In this document: in pieces, positions 19,124-28,473 of the stretch
Numbering within the stretch: position 1 is the first letter of the stretch
How the letters are laid out: every line of letters begins with the position of its first letter
Assembly: GCA_964519305.1 (NCBI GenBank)
Contig: CAZFHY010000004.1
Coordinates: 32,001 to 96,000, forward strand
From: Candidatus Undinarchaeota archaeon
GTDB lineage: Archaea; SpSt-1190; JASMDC01
DNA length: 64,000 bases
Reading direction: 5' to 3'
The notes under the pieces: model-generated
The model's input: only the letters and a program-made list of their open reading frames with translations
The model's database searches: none
What the model was told of the DNA's origin: nothing
Made by a program: the position numbers and the translations under genes

Positions 19124-20971
19124 ATGTGCGGCATCATCGGCTACATCGGACCACGTCAGGCCGTGCCCCTGGTGGTGGGGGGGCTCGACAAGCTCGCCTA
19201 TCGAGGGTACGACTCCGCGGGCGTGGCCGTCGTCGGTGAACGCGGACTGGCTCTTTGTCGGAGCGTGGGGAAGCTAGAGAACCTGAAGGAGAAGCTCAAG
19301 GACTGCCCCCTCCCTGGTACCGTGGCCATCGGCCACACGCGCTGGGCCACCCATGGCAAACCTTCCGAGATCAACGCCCACCCCCACACGGACTGCACGG
19401 GAGGTCTGGTCGTCGTACACAACGGTATCATCGAGAATTACATGAGCCTCCGCAACGAGCTCGTGGCCGAGGGGCATACCTTCGATTCCGAGACAGATAC
19501 CGAGATCATCGCCCACCTCATCGAGCGCTACCACGCCGACCATCCTCTGGACGAGGCCGTACGCTCAGCTCTTGCGCACGTAGAGGGAGCCTATGCCATC
19601 GCTGTCATCTCCTCCAAGGAGCCAGATCGCATCGTCTCTGCGCGATATGGTTCTGCAGGAGGTATCGTTGTAGGTCTCGGTAAGAACGAGGTATTCCTTG
19701 CCTCTGATGCAATCGGCATCCTCGAGCATACACGTCGCCTTATCTTCCTCGCCAACCGACAGATGGTAGTACTCTCGGCCGATGAGGTGGAGGTGACCGA
19801 CCTCCAGGGCGAACCGGTGGACGCTGATATCAAGACGGTCTCCTGGGATCCTCTAATGGCCGCCAAGGGAGAGTACAAGCATTTCATGCTCAAAGAGATC
19901 TTCGAACAACCAAGGGCCGTCATCGACACGATAGGTGGTCGCGTGGAGCACGAACCTCCCGGCGTGTATCTTGAGGACGTCACCCTCTCGGAGGACGAAG
20001 CGAAGGGGATCGAGCGAGTGCTCATCCTCGCCTGCGGTACCTCCTGGCATGCAGGTACTGTCGGGAAGTTCCTTATCGAGTCCCTGGTCCGAATCCCAGT
20101 TGAGGTCGACTACGCTTCGGAGTTCCGCTATCGTGACCATGTGGTGGACGATCGTACCCTGGTCATCGCCATCACCCAGTCAGGAGAGACTGCTGACACG
20201 CTCGCGGCGATGGACGCTGCAGCCGACGAGGGTGGGAAGATCGTCACCATCTGTAACGTCATCGGGAGCATGGCAACGCGAAAGTCGACCCATGGAGTGG
20301 TCTACACCCACGCGGGACCAGAGATCGGGGTCGCTTCCACCAAGGCGTTCACGTCCCAGATCGCCGCTCTCTATCTGCTCACGCTGTACTTGGGCGGTAC
20401 AAAGGGTACGCTCTCACAGGACAGGCTTGCCACGCTCATCAGGGAGCTGGAAGAGCTCCCCCGCCGCATTAGTGACGTGCTAGAGAGGACGGACATCTAC
20501 ACGATGCTCGCGCACCGGTACGAGGGTGTTGAGGATTTCCTCTACCTTGGACGTGGTATCAACTATCCTATCGCACTTGAAGGGGCGCTGAAGCTCAAGG
20601 AGATATCCTATATCCACGCCGAGGGATACCCTGCTGGTGAGATGAAGCACGGCCCGATCGCATTGATCACCGATGAGATGCCTGTTGTTGTTGTCGTCCC
20701 CCTCGAGCGGGATCCCCTCCGAGGTAAGGTCCTGAGCAATATGCAGGAGGTCCTGGCCCGTGAAGGTAAGGTCATTGCGGTGGTCCCTGGTGGATTGGAT
20801 GACCTTCCCGAGGGCGTGGACACCATCATCCCCGTGCCGTCGACATCCCCGCTCCTCTACCCCATCCTCGCGGTCATACCTCTGCAGCTACTATCCTATT
20901 ATATCGCAGTACGCAGAGGCTGCGATGTAGACCAGCCCAGGAACCTGGCCAAGAGCGTCACCGTGGAATAG
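19124..20971 (+). CDS. glmS: Glutamine--fructose-6-phosphate transaminase (isomerizing)
   Basis: MCGIIG N-terminus (so ATG 19124), YRGYDSAG, GHTRWATHG, EGALKLKE, C-terminal PRNLAKSVTVE. Confidence 0.98.
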   Translation: MCGIIGYIGPRQAVPLVVGGLDKLAYRGYDSAGVAVVGERGLALCRSVGKLENLKEKLKDCPLPGTVAIGHTRWATHGKPSEINAHPHTDCTGGLVVVHNGIIENYMSLRNELVAEGHTFDSETDTEIIAHLIERYHADHPLDEAVRSALAHVEGAYAIAVISSKEPDRIVSARYGSAGGIVVGLGKNEVFLASDAIGILEHTRRLIFLANRQMVVLSADEVEVTDLQGEPVDADIKTVSWDPLMAAKGEYKHFMLKEIFEQPRAVIDTIGGRVEHEPPGVYLEDVTLSEDEAKGIERVLILACGTSWHAGTVGKFLIESLVRIPVEVDYASEFRYRDHVVDDRTLVIAITQSGETADTLAAMDAAADEGGKIVTICNVIGSMATRKSTHGVVYTHAGPEIGVASTKAFTSQIAALYLLTLYLGGTKGTLSQDRLATLIRELEELPRRISDVLERTDIYTMLAHRYEGVEDFLYLGRGINYPIALEGALKLKEISYIHAEGYPAGEMKHGPIALITDEMPVVVVVPLERDPLRGKVLSNMQEVLAREGKVIAVVPGGLDDLPEGVDTIIPVPSTSPLLYPILAVIPLQLLSYYIAVRRGCDVDQPRNLAKSVTVE

Positions 20972-21062
20972 AGTGCTCACCTAATGAAAAAACCATATAA
21001 GGGCTCGATAAGTAGCTTTTTAAACCATTAACAACAATTATTCTTTCACACAGGTGGCATCC

Positions 21063-21401
21063 ATGGAAGACCGAATGCGTATGTCCAAGGTCTACAGTCT
21101 GGCCATTTCCGGAATCCTCCTATTGGCGTTCCTCATCGGGTCCGTTTACGTACCCATGGGCGCGTTCGAGCCGGCAGAATTCCTGGCTGTTCTGGAGACC
21201 AATGCCTTCATCACGGGGCTGATCTTCTATATCACGATCCTCGCCGCCGTGACGCTCGGGCTCGCGTCTATGATTTACGAGTTCGAGTTGACACAGGATA
21301 GGATCATCGATGCCCAGCATCGCATCCTGTCCAAACTCGACGAGATCGTGGAGAAGACAACTCCCCCGGCCAAGCCGGAGAAGAAGAAGGATAAGAAGTA
21401 A
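21063..21401 (+). CDS. Small 2-TM membrane protein, paralog 1 of 3
   Basis: Two hydrophobic helices; FYITILAAVTLGLA motif shared with the next two genes. Confidence 0.8.
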   Translation: MEDRMRMSKVYSLAISGILLLAFLIGSVYVPMGAFEPAEFLAVLETNAFITGLIFYITILAAVTLGLASMIYEFELTQDRIIDAQHRILSKLDEIVEKTTPPAKPEKKKDKK

Positions 21402-21569
21402 GCGTTTACCTGCGGGGAACGCACAAAAAACATCAGGTCGTCGCCCACGGCGTTTGGCGTCGTGGGCGATGCCTACTCTTTCTATGGATCTCTCTAGATA
21501 CCACGTCTCTCTGCGGCCGGTGGTAGTTTTTTAAAACGTGATGGCTTATCCGGCCCCAAGTGAGTACCC

Positions 21570-21878
21570 ATGGATGAGAATACGAAGACATCGACGCTCT
21601 ATTGTCAAGCGGTCGCCGGTATAATCCTGGTGGTCCTGATCATCGGAGCGCTGATCCTACCCATTACGAGCTTCGACCCGCTCCAGTATATTGCGGTCCT
21701 TCAGACCAATGAGTTCATCGCAGCCCTGCTCTTCTACATCACGATCCTCGCAGCTGTGACCCTCGGGCTCGCTGCCGTGATCTATGAGCTTGAGCAGGCC
21801 GAAGAGAAGTTACTCTGCAAGTTCGACAAGATGGCCGAGATGCACAAGGCCCCCGTCGAGAAGAAGGAGAAGAAATAA
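21570..21878 (+). CDS. Small 2-TM membrane protein, paralog 2 of 3
   Basis: FYITILAAVTLGLA motif; own TATA box TTTTTAAA near 21530. Confidence 0.8.
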   Translation: MDENTKTSTLYCQAVAGIILVVLIIGALILPITSFDPLQYIAVLQTNEFIAALLFYITILAAVTLGLAAVIYELEQAEEKLLCKFDKMAEMHKAPVEKKEKK

Positions 21879-21934
21879 CTTCTTTGGCGCAAGCGATATA
21901 AAGCTTAGATGTCGTCGCCCGTGACGTGATCGCC

Positions 21935-22258
21935 ATGGGCGACAAGATACTCATGTCCAAGTTGTACAGTATCGCCATCTCAGCGATACTTATAGTGTCC
22001 TTCGTGATAGGATCAGGTTTCATCGCACCTATGTCCGACGATTCGGGAAGCTTGGAGGCGAGCCTTCAGGTCAACTCCTTCGCCCTCTCTCTGGTGTTCT
22101 ACATAACGGTGCTCGCCGCGATCACCTTGGGAATCGCCTCGCACCTGTATATCTTCGAACAGGGCCAGGAGCGTATGCTCGATGAGCTGCATACTATCGT
22201 TCGTAACACCTCACAGCTCCGTCTCTATGAGAACACAAACCCCAAAGGGAAAGAGTAG
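21935..22258 (+). CDS. Small 2-TM membrane protein, paralog 3 of 3
   Basis: FYITVLAAITLGIA motif; TATA box ATATAAA near 21896. Confidence 0.8.
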   Translation: MGDKILMSKLYSIAISAILIVSFVIGSGFIAPMSDDSGSLEASLQVNSFALSLVFYITVLAAITLGIASHLYIFEQGQERMLDELHTIVRNTSQLRLYENTNPKGKE

Positions 22259-23218
22259 ATGACCGACGACCTGCTCAGTGCTCTGGAATCTGATATCCTG
22301 GCGCAGCCCAAGCTACTGAGCGCTACTCTAGACCTATCGGGGTGGGATCCTGGTGAAGGCTATGACCGTATCCTCTTCACCGGATGCGGTGACTCATACC
22401 ATGCTGCCATAGCGGCAGCTCATGTGGCGGGTGGCCAGGCCGTAGAGCCGCACGACATCCTCTGCAATCCCGCTCCATTGGAGAATGGACGCGTGCTCCT
22501 TGTAGCGATCTCAAACTCGGGTAAGGTCCGCACGACGTTCCATGCGGCTGCTCTCGCACGTGAACGAGGGGCTCGGGTCGTCGCTGTCACGTCCCGCACG
22601 GACTCGCCCCTGGCACAAGCCTCCGACATGGTGGCACGACTCCCAAGACGCGCATCGGACCGACCGCTCCCAGGGATGTCTTCCTATCTCACGAGCATGC
22701 TCGCCGCCATGATGCCTTTCTTACGGGAGCGTGACCGTGAAAAGGCCCCCGATCTCGTCACCGCGTCCCTGGATACGACGGTACCGGACCTCGCTCCCGG
22801 CCCATGCTGTCTGGTCGGTGCGCTCCAGAACCGCGCAACGGCCCTTTATAGCGCAGCAAAGCTCGCGGAAGTGACAGGAGATGTCGCCCTTGCCTGTCAC
22901 ACGGAGGAGTTTTGCCATGTGGAACTCTTCCTCATGGACAGAACAAAGCCTATCGTTCTCTTCCCCTCTGCTTCTGACAACAAGGTCACGAAGCTGCATG
23001 CTGCCCTGCGACAACGGGGATTCACGTCCACCATGATCGGGTCAGGTCCTGAGTGCGATGTCCGCCTTCCGACCACACCAGATGAACTCCTACCCCTCGT
23101 GAACTGTGTCCCCGTGCAACGTGCCGTGCTTAAGCTCGCCAAGGAAAGAGGGATATCTTCATGGAACTTCTTCGAGGATGAAGAGCGCCTCGCCATCAGC
23201 GATGACCTCATATACTGA
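22259..23218 (+). CDS. Double-SIS sugar-phosphate isomerase/deaminase-like protein (GlmS C-terminal-like, no glutaminase domain)
   Basis: DILAQP, FTGCGDSYHAA, AISNSG, SPLA, AAKLAE, EEFCH. Confidence 0.85.
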   Translation: MTDDLLSALESDILAQPKLLSATLDLSGWDPGEGYDRILFTGCGDSYHAAIAAAHVAGGQAVEPHDILCNPAPLENGRVLLVAISNSGKVRTTFHAAALARERGARVVAVTSRTDSPLAQASDMVARLPRRASDRPLPGMSSYLTSMLAAMMPFLRERDREKAPDLVTASLDTTVPDLAPGPCCLVGALQNRATALYSAAKLAEVTGDVALACHTEEFCHVELFLMDRTKPIVLFPSASDNKVTKLHAALRQRGFTSTMIGSGPECDVRLPTTPDELLPLVNCVPVQRAVLKLAKERGISSWNFFEDEERLAISDDLIY

Positions 23219-23219
23219 G

Positions 23220-23990
23220 GTGGTTATTCTGGCTATCAGCTCCTTACGTGTAATGATATTGGATGATCATACGCCTAGTGAGCTGCTAGCAATGGATGAA
23301 GCGCTTGCCAACTCGATAGGTTCAGGCGCATCCCCACCAACGCTCAAGCTTGCGTCATTCCCACAACCCACGGTCTCGGCGGGAAGGTTCAAGGGATCAT
23401 CTGACATCGACCTTGACGCATGCACTGATCTGGGCATCCCGGTACTTCGCAGACCCTCTGGAGGTGGTTCTGTGCTCCACAATGGCGCGTGGGACCTCAC
23501 TTATTGCGTCACAATCCCCCTTTCGAACCAACTATCCATTTCAGTGGCCCAAGGATTCGAGCAATTGTGCGCTCCAATCATCTATGCTCTCGAGGATTTC
23601 AACATTGATACCACCATGAACGAGTTCGGCGACCTCATAGTAGGACAGCGCAAGATCGCAGGAGCTGCCCAGATCCGTCGAAGGAACGCAATAGTTGTCC
23701 ACGGCTATCTCATGGTCGACACTGACCTGGAAATGCTCTATCGGGTTCTTCGAAAACCGGATGAATCGATAGTGCGAAAGGGGCTCGAGCTCCCCTCATG
23801 GGCAACAACAATGCACGCTGAAGGCATCTCCGCCTCCGCTCTCGATGTGTGGCGCTCTTTGGTCCGTGCATTTGGGGATACGATGGATCTGGAGCTTACG
23901 CCCGGTGATCCGACACGCGCCGAGCGTAGCCACTGCAAGGAACTTTCTAAGAAGTACAACTCAGAGGAATGGTCGCTCCTTAGAGGTTGA
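23220..23990 (+). CDS. lplA: Lipoate--protein ligase A family protein
   Basis: MDEAL, RRPSGGGSVLH, DLIVGQRKIAGAAQ, VHG; start uncertain (GTG 23220 or ATG 23253). Confidence 0.85.
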   Translation: MVILAISSLRVMILDDHTPSELLAMDEALANSIGSGASPPTLKLASFPQPTVSAGRFKGSSDIDLDACTDLGIPVLRRPSGGGSVLHNGAWDLTYCVTIPLSNQLSISVAQGFEQLCAPIIYALEDFNIDTTMNEFGDLIVGQRKIAGAAQIRRRNAIVVHGYLMVDTDLEMLYRVLRKPDESIVRKGLELPSWATTMHAEGISASALDVWRSLVRAFGDTMDLELTPGDPTRAERSHCKELSKKYNSEEWSLLRG

Positions 23991-24549
23991 ACTTACCCAT
24001 TTCGCTCGTGATGATACGCGAGTATTTCCGGAGAAAGTGGGGTGAGATGTTCAATTGTCTGATGATGCTCTCCTGGGTCATCAGTGCATCGTTGTACTTC
24101 GCCGACACGTAGACTAGAGAGGCCGAGTAGCAGTAGAATTCATGGATGTTATAGACGTCCCTTCTTGATAGGTTCTCGTGCAACTTCATCGCAAAACGTC
24201 GAACTTGGTTCGCCATGTCGAGCTTACTACAAATCCTCTCGATGGCCGAGACCACTTGTTTGTCCTTCACTTTCGGCTCATTCCGTCGTATACCGAGTCT
24301 ATCACGGACACGAATGATGAACTTCGCTTTCACCTGGCCCAGCCCCTCGCTCTTGAGCTCGGAAGCTGATATCGCGACCCCGTACTTGTCCTTCATCAGC
24401 ACGTATGTGACTGCGGGCAGATAATATGCATAGTTACTGTTCGTGGATATGTCTTGAGCGATGTTAAGAATCTCATCAGTGTGTTCTTCAATCTGCCGCT
24501 TCCCAAGGAACTTCATCAACCGTTCCCGTGTGCGGTCACTGTCTTTCAT
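23980..24549 (-). CDS. Truncated TFB/TFIIB-like cyclin-fold protein (no Zn ribbon)
   Basis: IERICSKLDM...A...SASLVYVSAK...TQESI...NISPHFLRKY matches a TFB cyclin repeat with HTH; a degenerate repeat precedes it; no CxxC. Confidence 0.65.
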   Translation of the reverse strand: MKDSDRTRERLMKFLGKRQIEEHTDEILNIAQDISTNSNYAYYLPAVTYVLMKDKYGVAISASELKSEGLGQVKAKFIIRVRDRLGIRRNEPKVKDKQVVSAIERICSKLDMANQVRRFAMKLHENLSRRDVYNIHEFYCYSASLVYVSAKYNDALMTQESIIRQLNISPHFLRKYSRIITSEMGKFNL

Positions 24550-24590
24550 GCTAATAACTACTCTGTCGTGGTACCTATAAATATCTTTCT

Positions 24591-24676
24591 TGGAACATAA
24601 TGGAACATAAAACTCCGGTTTTAGATGCTTCGTCCTTAGGTCGTATACTAGTTCTATTACGTTCCTTTATGTTTCA
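24591..24676. promoter_or_regulatory. Tandem TGGAACATAA x2 and inverted copies, forming a ~21-bp imperfect inverted repeat upstream of the TFB-like gene
   Basis: TGGAACATAATGGAACATAAA (24591-24611) versus ATTACGTTCCTTTATGTTTCA (24656-24676). Confidence 0.5.
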
Positions 24677-24806
24677 TGAGTATTCTTCTCCATAATTACT
24701 GTGTATTTCAGCCGGATTGTCTTTATTAGTAATATTTACGCAAATTTATTCCGTTAATTTGCATTTCACGGCACCAGATACAGCGGACCCAGAGAGTCGT
24801 CCAATC

Positions 24807-25400
24807 TTAACCCAAGGGCACCCCGAGCATCAGGTTCCCGATGAAGCCCGCGATCACAGGGATCGCGAGATTATCATCTATGCGCTCAACCAGGGTCTCG
24901 ACCACGGTCGCTGCGATCGCCATGGCAAAAACGACAGCAGCAGGAAGTGCAATTGCAGGGACATATTGTCCAACAAGGATCACTGCCACGATATCCATCA
25001 CCAGTTCAGCACCGGTCCCCGCGACGGTCTTATCTTTGTAAAGGCGAGGTCCGCGAACAGCCTTCCCCACCAGAGAAGCCACCATGTCACCCAGGCTCGT
25101 CATGAGGATTACCGCACAGGCGACGGCCTTGGTATAGGTGGCCACGGCCACCAACGCACCCAGGAGGAAGAACAGCTCCGCACCCACATGTTCCGCTTCC
25201 CGCTCCCGCGCAATTGTGTGGAAGAAGGGGATGCGGACACGCAGCTCGATGCGCACGAACTCGGCCATGAGGAATCCAACAATACAGTAGACCAAGAAGG
25301 CGAGAGTAGTCTCACGACCGTACATGAGGTACACTACCGGGATAGAGAGGGTCGACAGGTGGACCACCTTGCGGGCACCCTCCCTCACGAGCTCATGCAT
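24807..25400 (-). CDS. Polyprenol/dolichol kinase-like (SEC59/CTP-transferase) membrane protein
   Basis: RKVVH, RERE, GDMVASLVG, KTVAGT, DDNLAIP. Confidence 0.85.
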   Translation of the reverse strand: MHELVREGARKVVHLSTLSIPVVYLMYGRETTLAFLVYCIVGFLMAEFVRIELRVRIPFFHTIAREREAEHVGAELFFLLGALVAVATYTKAVACAVILMTSLGDMVASLVGKAVRGPRLYKDKTVAGTGAELVMDIVAVILVGQYVPAIALPAAVVFAMAIAATVVETLVERIDDNLAIPVIAGFIGNLMLGVPLG

Positions 25401-25459
25401 ACGACACGGCATGTGCGCCAAACATTAATGAATCTACCGTCAAGCGAAGCACGTTTCGT

Positions 25460-27121
25460 TCAGTCACCTAGGCCGGTCGCCTTATAGATAAAGTGACTGG
25501 GCACGCCATTCGAATACCGGACTTGTCCGACCTCGACGAGCCCATGCGCCAGAGGTTCGCAGCCGGGAGGGAGTTGAAATGGCAATCCCGGATCAAGGAA
25601 CGGCTCCATGGGAGCGATTATGAATACATCACGCGCAAGCTCATCCGAGGACGCTTCGAGGAAGGTGCATACGTTCGGCGATGTGACAATATGGTACGGA
25701 GGGGCCTCGAGATGCGGAGCAATGTCGTACTCATAGGCTTGGACGATATTCGATCCTATCATCGTGAAAGGTGCCACATGGACTTTCCCCGCAGGAGCCA
25801 CAACATCCCCCGCGATGCGGAGAGCTCTGCTGTGGCCCACCCTATACCGATATTGTGCGAGCACGTCTTCGGGATAGCGGACGAAATACGCGTCCAGGAA
25901 CACGACCATACTGATAAGTGATACCAACAGGATCACCGGCATGAAGAGCGGATACCGCCTCCCATCTATCTTGGTAAGAAGTGAGGTGATCCCGCGTGCA
26001 GCGGTCAGATGAAGAGCGGGTAGCAACACGAGTAACCGCCCAGCATGATGACCCCCCCATTGTGTGAACGCTGCAGGTAATGGGCCGATGAGGATCCAGA
26101 GCAGGAGAAGACGGTCCCGTCGGCGACGTTCAGTTATCAGCGAGACCAGTCCGGCAAGTATAAAGACCGCCTCCACTATGTGGAGCTGACCTATACCGCG
26201 AGGCGAGTGCCATAAGTTCGGGTCCCCGTTCAAGAACAGGAACCACGGAGAGAAGGAAGAAACATAGTTTGAAGCGATCGCCAGAGGAAGCCCGAGCGGG
26301 CGGGCCCACGCACCGAACGTCCCCTCGAGTCGTTCGGCCATCAATGCAGGTGCATCTGTCTTATGGATGCTCACCTGAGAGAACCGCGTTGTTGTCCGTG
26401 AAAACATCCCGGGAGAATATATCGGGAGCGCAAGGACCACGAGCACAGCGATACCGATCCCCAGATGACGCCTGTCCCGAAGGAGCATTTGGCGGGCGAT
26501 AATCCCAAATCCCAGAAGAAGGAGAGGGACGAAGAGACCAGCAGTAGGGTAGGAGTAGAGCGAAATGCCCATGACCCCGAACCCCGCCACGAGCCTTCGT
26601 GGGCGACCCCGCACCCCCGAAACCAACAGACACACCCCCATAGGTATGAGCGCCGTTAGCGGGATCGGATGGGTAAGAGCCATGCGCCCGAACTGCACAT
26701 CCCACGGCGATAGTGCTGTGAGAGCAGCTGCGAAGAGACCCTCGCGGGAGCCGAAGAGAGTCTGCCCCATACATCCTGCAGCCACGATCGCGATGATACC
26801 GAAGAGCGCGTAAGGTAACCGGGTCTGCATCTCACCGAATCCGAAGAGCATGGTCACCGGCACTGACATGTAGATGTGGAGCGGTGTCCGGTAATCGTCC
26901 AGCGCTCGAAAGAACAGAGGGTACCGCACCCCGTGCTGGTCCATACCGGTCAGGAGTATCGAGTATGCATCGTACCCATTAGAGTATTCATCGATATACA
27001 TCCCCCTTGGAACAGAACCCAACCAGGGAAGACGGAGGGCCGAACCCATGATTACGATGAGGACCAGCCATCTCCAGAAATCACGCGTTTCCATTCGCCC
27101 CATCAACATACACCTTGACAC
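25460..27121 (-). CDS. GT-C (ArnT-like) membrane glycosyltransferase
   Basis: LRLPWLGSVPRGMYIDE...GYDAYSILLTGMD..G...P, RLPYALFG, multiple TM helices. Confidence 0.88.
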   Translation of the reverse strand: MSRCMLMGRMETRDFWRWLVLIVIMGSALRLPWLGSVPRGMYIDEYSNGYDAYSILLTGMDQHGVRYPLFFRALDDYRTPLHIYMSVPVTMLFGFGEMQTRLPYALFGIIAIVAAGCMGQTLFGSREGLFAAALTALSPWDVQFGRMALTHPIPLTALIPMGVCLLVSGVRGRPRRLVAGFGVMGISLYSYPTAGLFVPLLLLGFGIIARQMLLRDRRHLGIGIAVLVVLALPIYSPGMFSRTTTRFSQVSIHKTDAPALMAERLEGTFGAWARPLGLPLAIASNYVSSFSPWFLFLNGDPNLWHSPRGIGQLHIVEAVFILAGLVSLITERRRRDRLLLLWILIGPLPAAFTQWGGHHAGRLLVLLPALHLTAARGITSLLTKIDGRRYPLFMPVILLVSLISMVVFLDAYFVRYPEDVLAQYRYRVGHSRALRIAGDVVAPAGKVHVAPFTMIGSNIVQAYEYDIAPHLEAPPYHIVTSPNVCTFLEASSDELARDVFIIAPMEPFLDPGLPFQLPPGCEPLAHGLVEVGQVRYSNGVPSHFIYKATGLGD

Positions 27122-27560
27122 CCATCAGGTCGGGTGTCCGGGAACTGTCCGATTTTGAGGCGATAATCATTAAGAATATGCCCCCTACATCGGAATGGAC
27201 GATTACATGATTCTTACATGTGGACCCTAGGTTCTTTGGATGAAATCATACCATCCGTTCGATTTTCCGGCCTTTATAAATGCCCCTCGCTGTTTATATA
27301 CGCCGGAGCCACCCCGTCGTCCCTCGGGCCACCCATCGAAACATTGATTTTCCCACATAGGTCCAAGGAGGTTCTGTCGGACTTCCCCCGTCACTTTATA
27401 AATGGTGGCCGCGCACCCCCCATCTCACCATACAACCCTCGTTTTTAGGTATGAATCCGCCCCACACACTATAGTGTGACGTGAAAATCCCGTCACCCAC
27501 TATCCGCTCGTCCGAGGACCATTCGAAACCTACTTATACGTTGATGAAGGTGCTGCGACA

Positions 27561-28421
27561 ATGATCGGTATCGTCTCCTCTGTCCACGATACTGCGGGGA
27601 CGAACATCCACGACCGCATCCTTGAAGTTGTGGACCTGGAGCGGACAGGCACTTTCGAAGGGAATCCCGTCCATAGAGGAGAGGGATTCATCCTCGTCAG
27701 AACTGAGCGCGAGCTCCTGAATGCCGACCATCTGGACGAGCACTTCAAAGTCGACAGCTGGATCTTCGCATCCAAGCATAAAGCAAAATCCGGCACACCA
27801 TCCCTCACCACACACTCCCCCGGGAACTGGACACCCGAAGCCCTCTACGGCGGGAGTCCCGAACAGCTCTCGGTCGCCGAACCGCGCCTCATCAAGGCTG
27901 CGCTCCAGACATTGAAAGCGAGGCGTGATGCGACAGGCATCGAATACGAGGTCAGTCTCGAGGTAACCCACCACGGCCCCACGGCCATGGATTCACCCGT
28001 TGTCTTCGTGGAGATTGGTAGCGGCCCCGAGCAATGGTCAGATCCGTCAGCGGCCGACGTGACCGCACGGGCGATCCTCGACACCGTGGCGTTGAAATAC
28101 CCTGATAGTTGGGTCCCCTGTGTCGGTTTCGGGGGCGGCCATTATCCCCCTCGTTTCACAGAGATCATGCTCTCAACCCAATACGCGGTCGGCCACATCA
28201 TGCCGAAATACGTTACAGATAATATCAACCTTGCCCGCATGGTGCAGATCGCAAAGGAGCGTAACGGCCCCACGGAACTGGCCATCATAGACTGGAAAGG
28301 ACTAACGAGCCCCGTTCGAGGTGCTGTGCTCGAGGCCATCGACGGTCTTGGATTGGGATTCATTAAGGCACGGGAGGCGGTGCGCGGTGCTAACGAGCCT
28401 GGGTCTGGCCCCAAGTGCTGA
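27561..28421 (+). CDS. dtdA: Archaeal D-aminoacyl-tRNA deacylase (DTD2)
   Basis: FASKH, SLTTHSPGN, EVTHHGPT, FVEIGS, GFGGGHY, GHIMPKY. Confidence 0.93.
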   Translation: MIGIVSSVHDTAGTNIHDRILEVVDLERTGTFEGNPVHRGEGFILVRTERELLNADHLDEHFKVDSWIFASKHKAKSGTPSLTTHSPGNWTPEALYGGSPEQLSVAEPRLIKAALQTLKARRDATGIEYEVSLEVTHHGPTAMDSPVVFVEIGSGPEQWSDPSAADVTARAILDTVALKYPDSWVPCVGFGGGHYPPRFTEIMLSTQYAVGHIMPKYVTDNINLARMVQIAKERNGPTELAIIDWKGLTSPVRGAVLEAIDGLGLGFIKAREAVRGANEPGSGPKC

Positions 28422-28473
28422 TGGCAAGATCGCCTGGTACCGGTTCACAGGATGCAAATCATATCGGTCAGGC

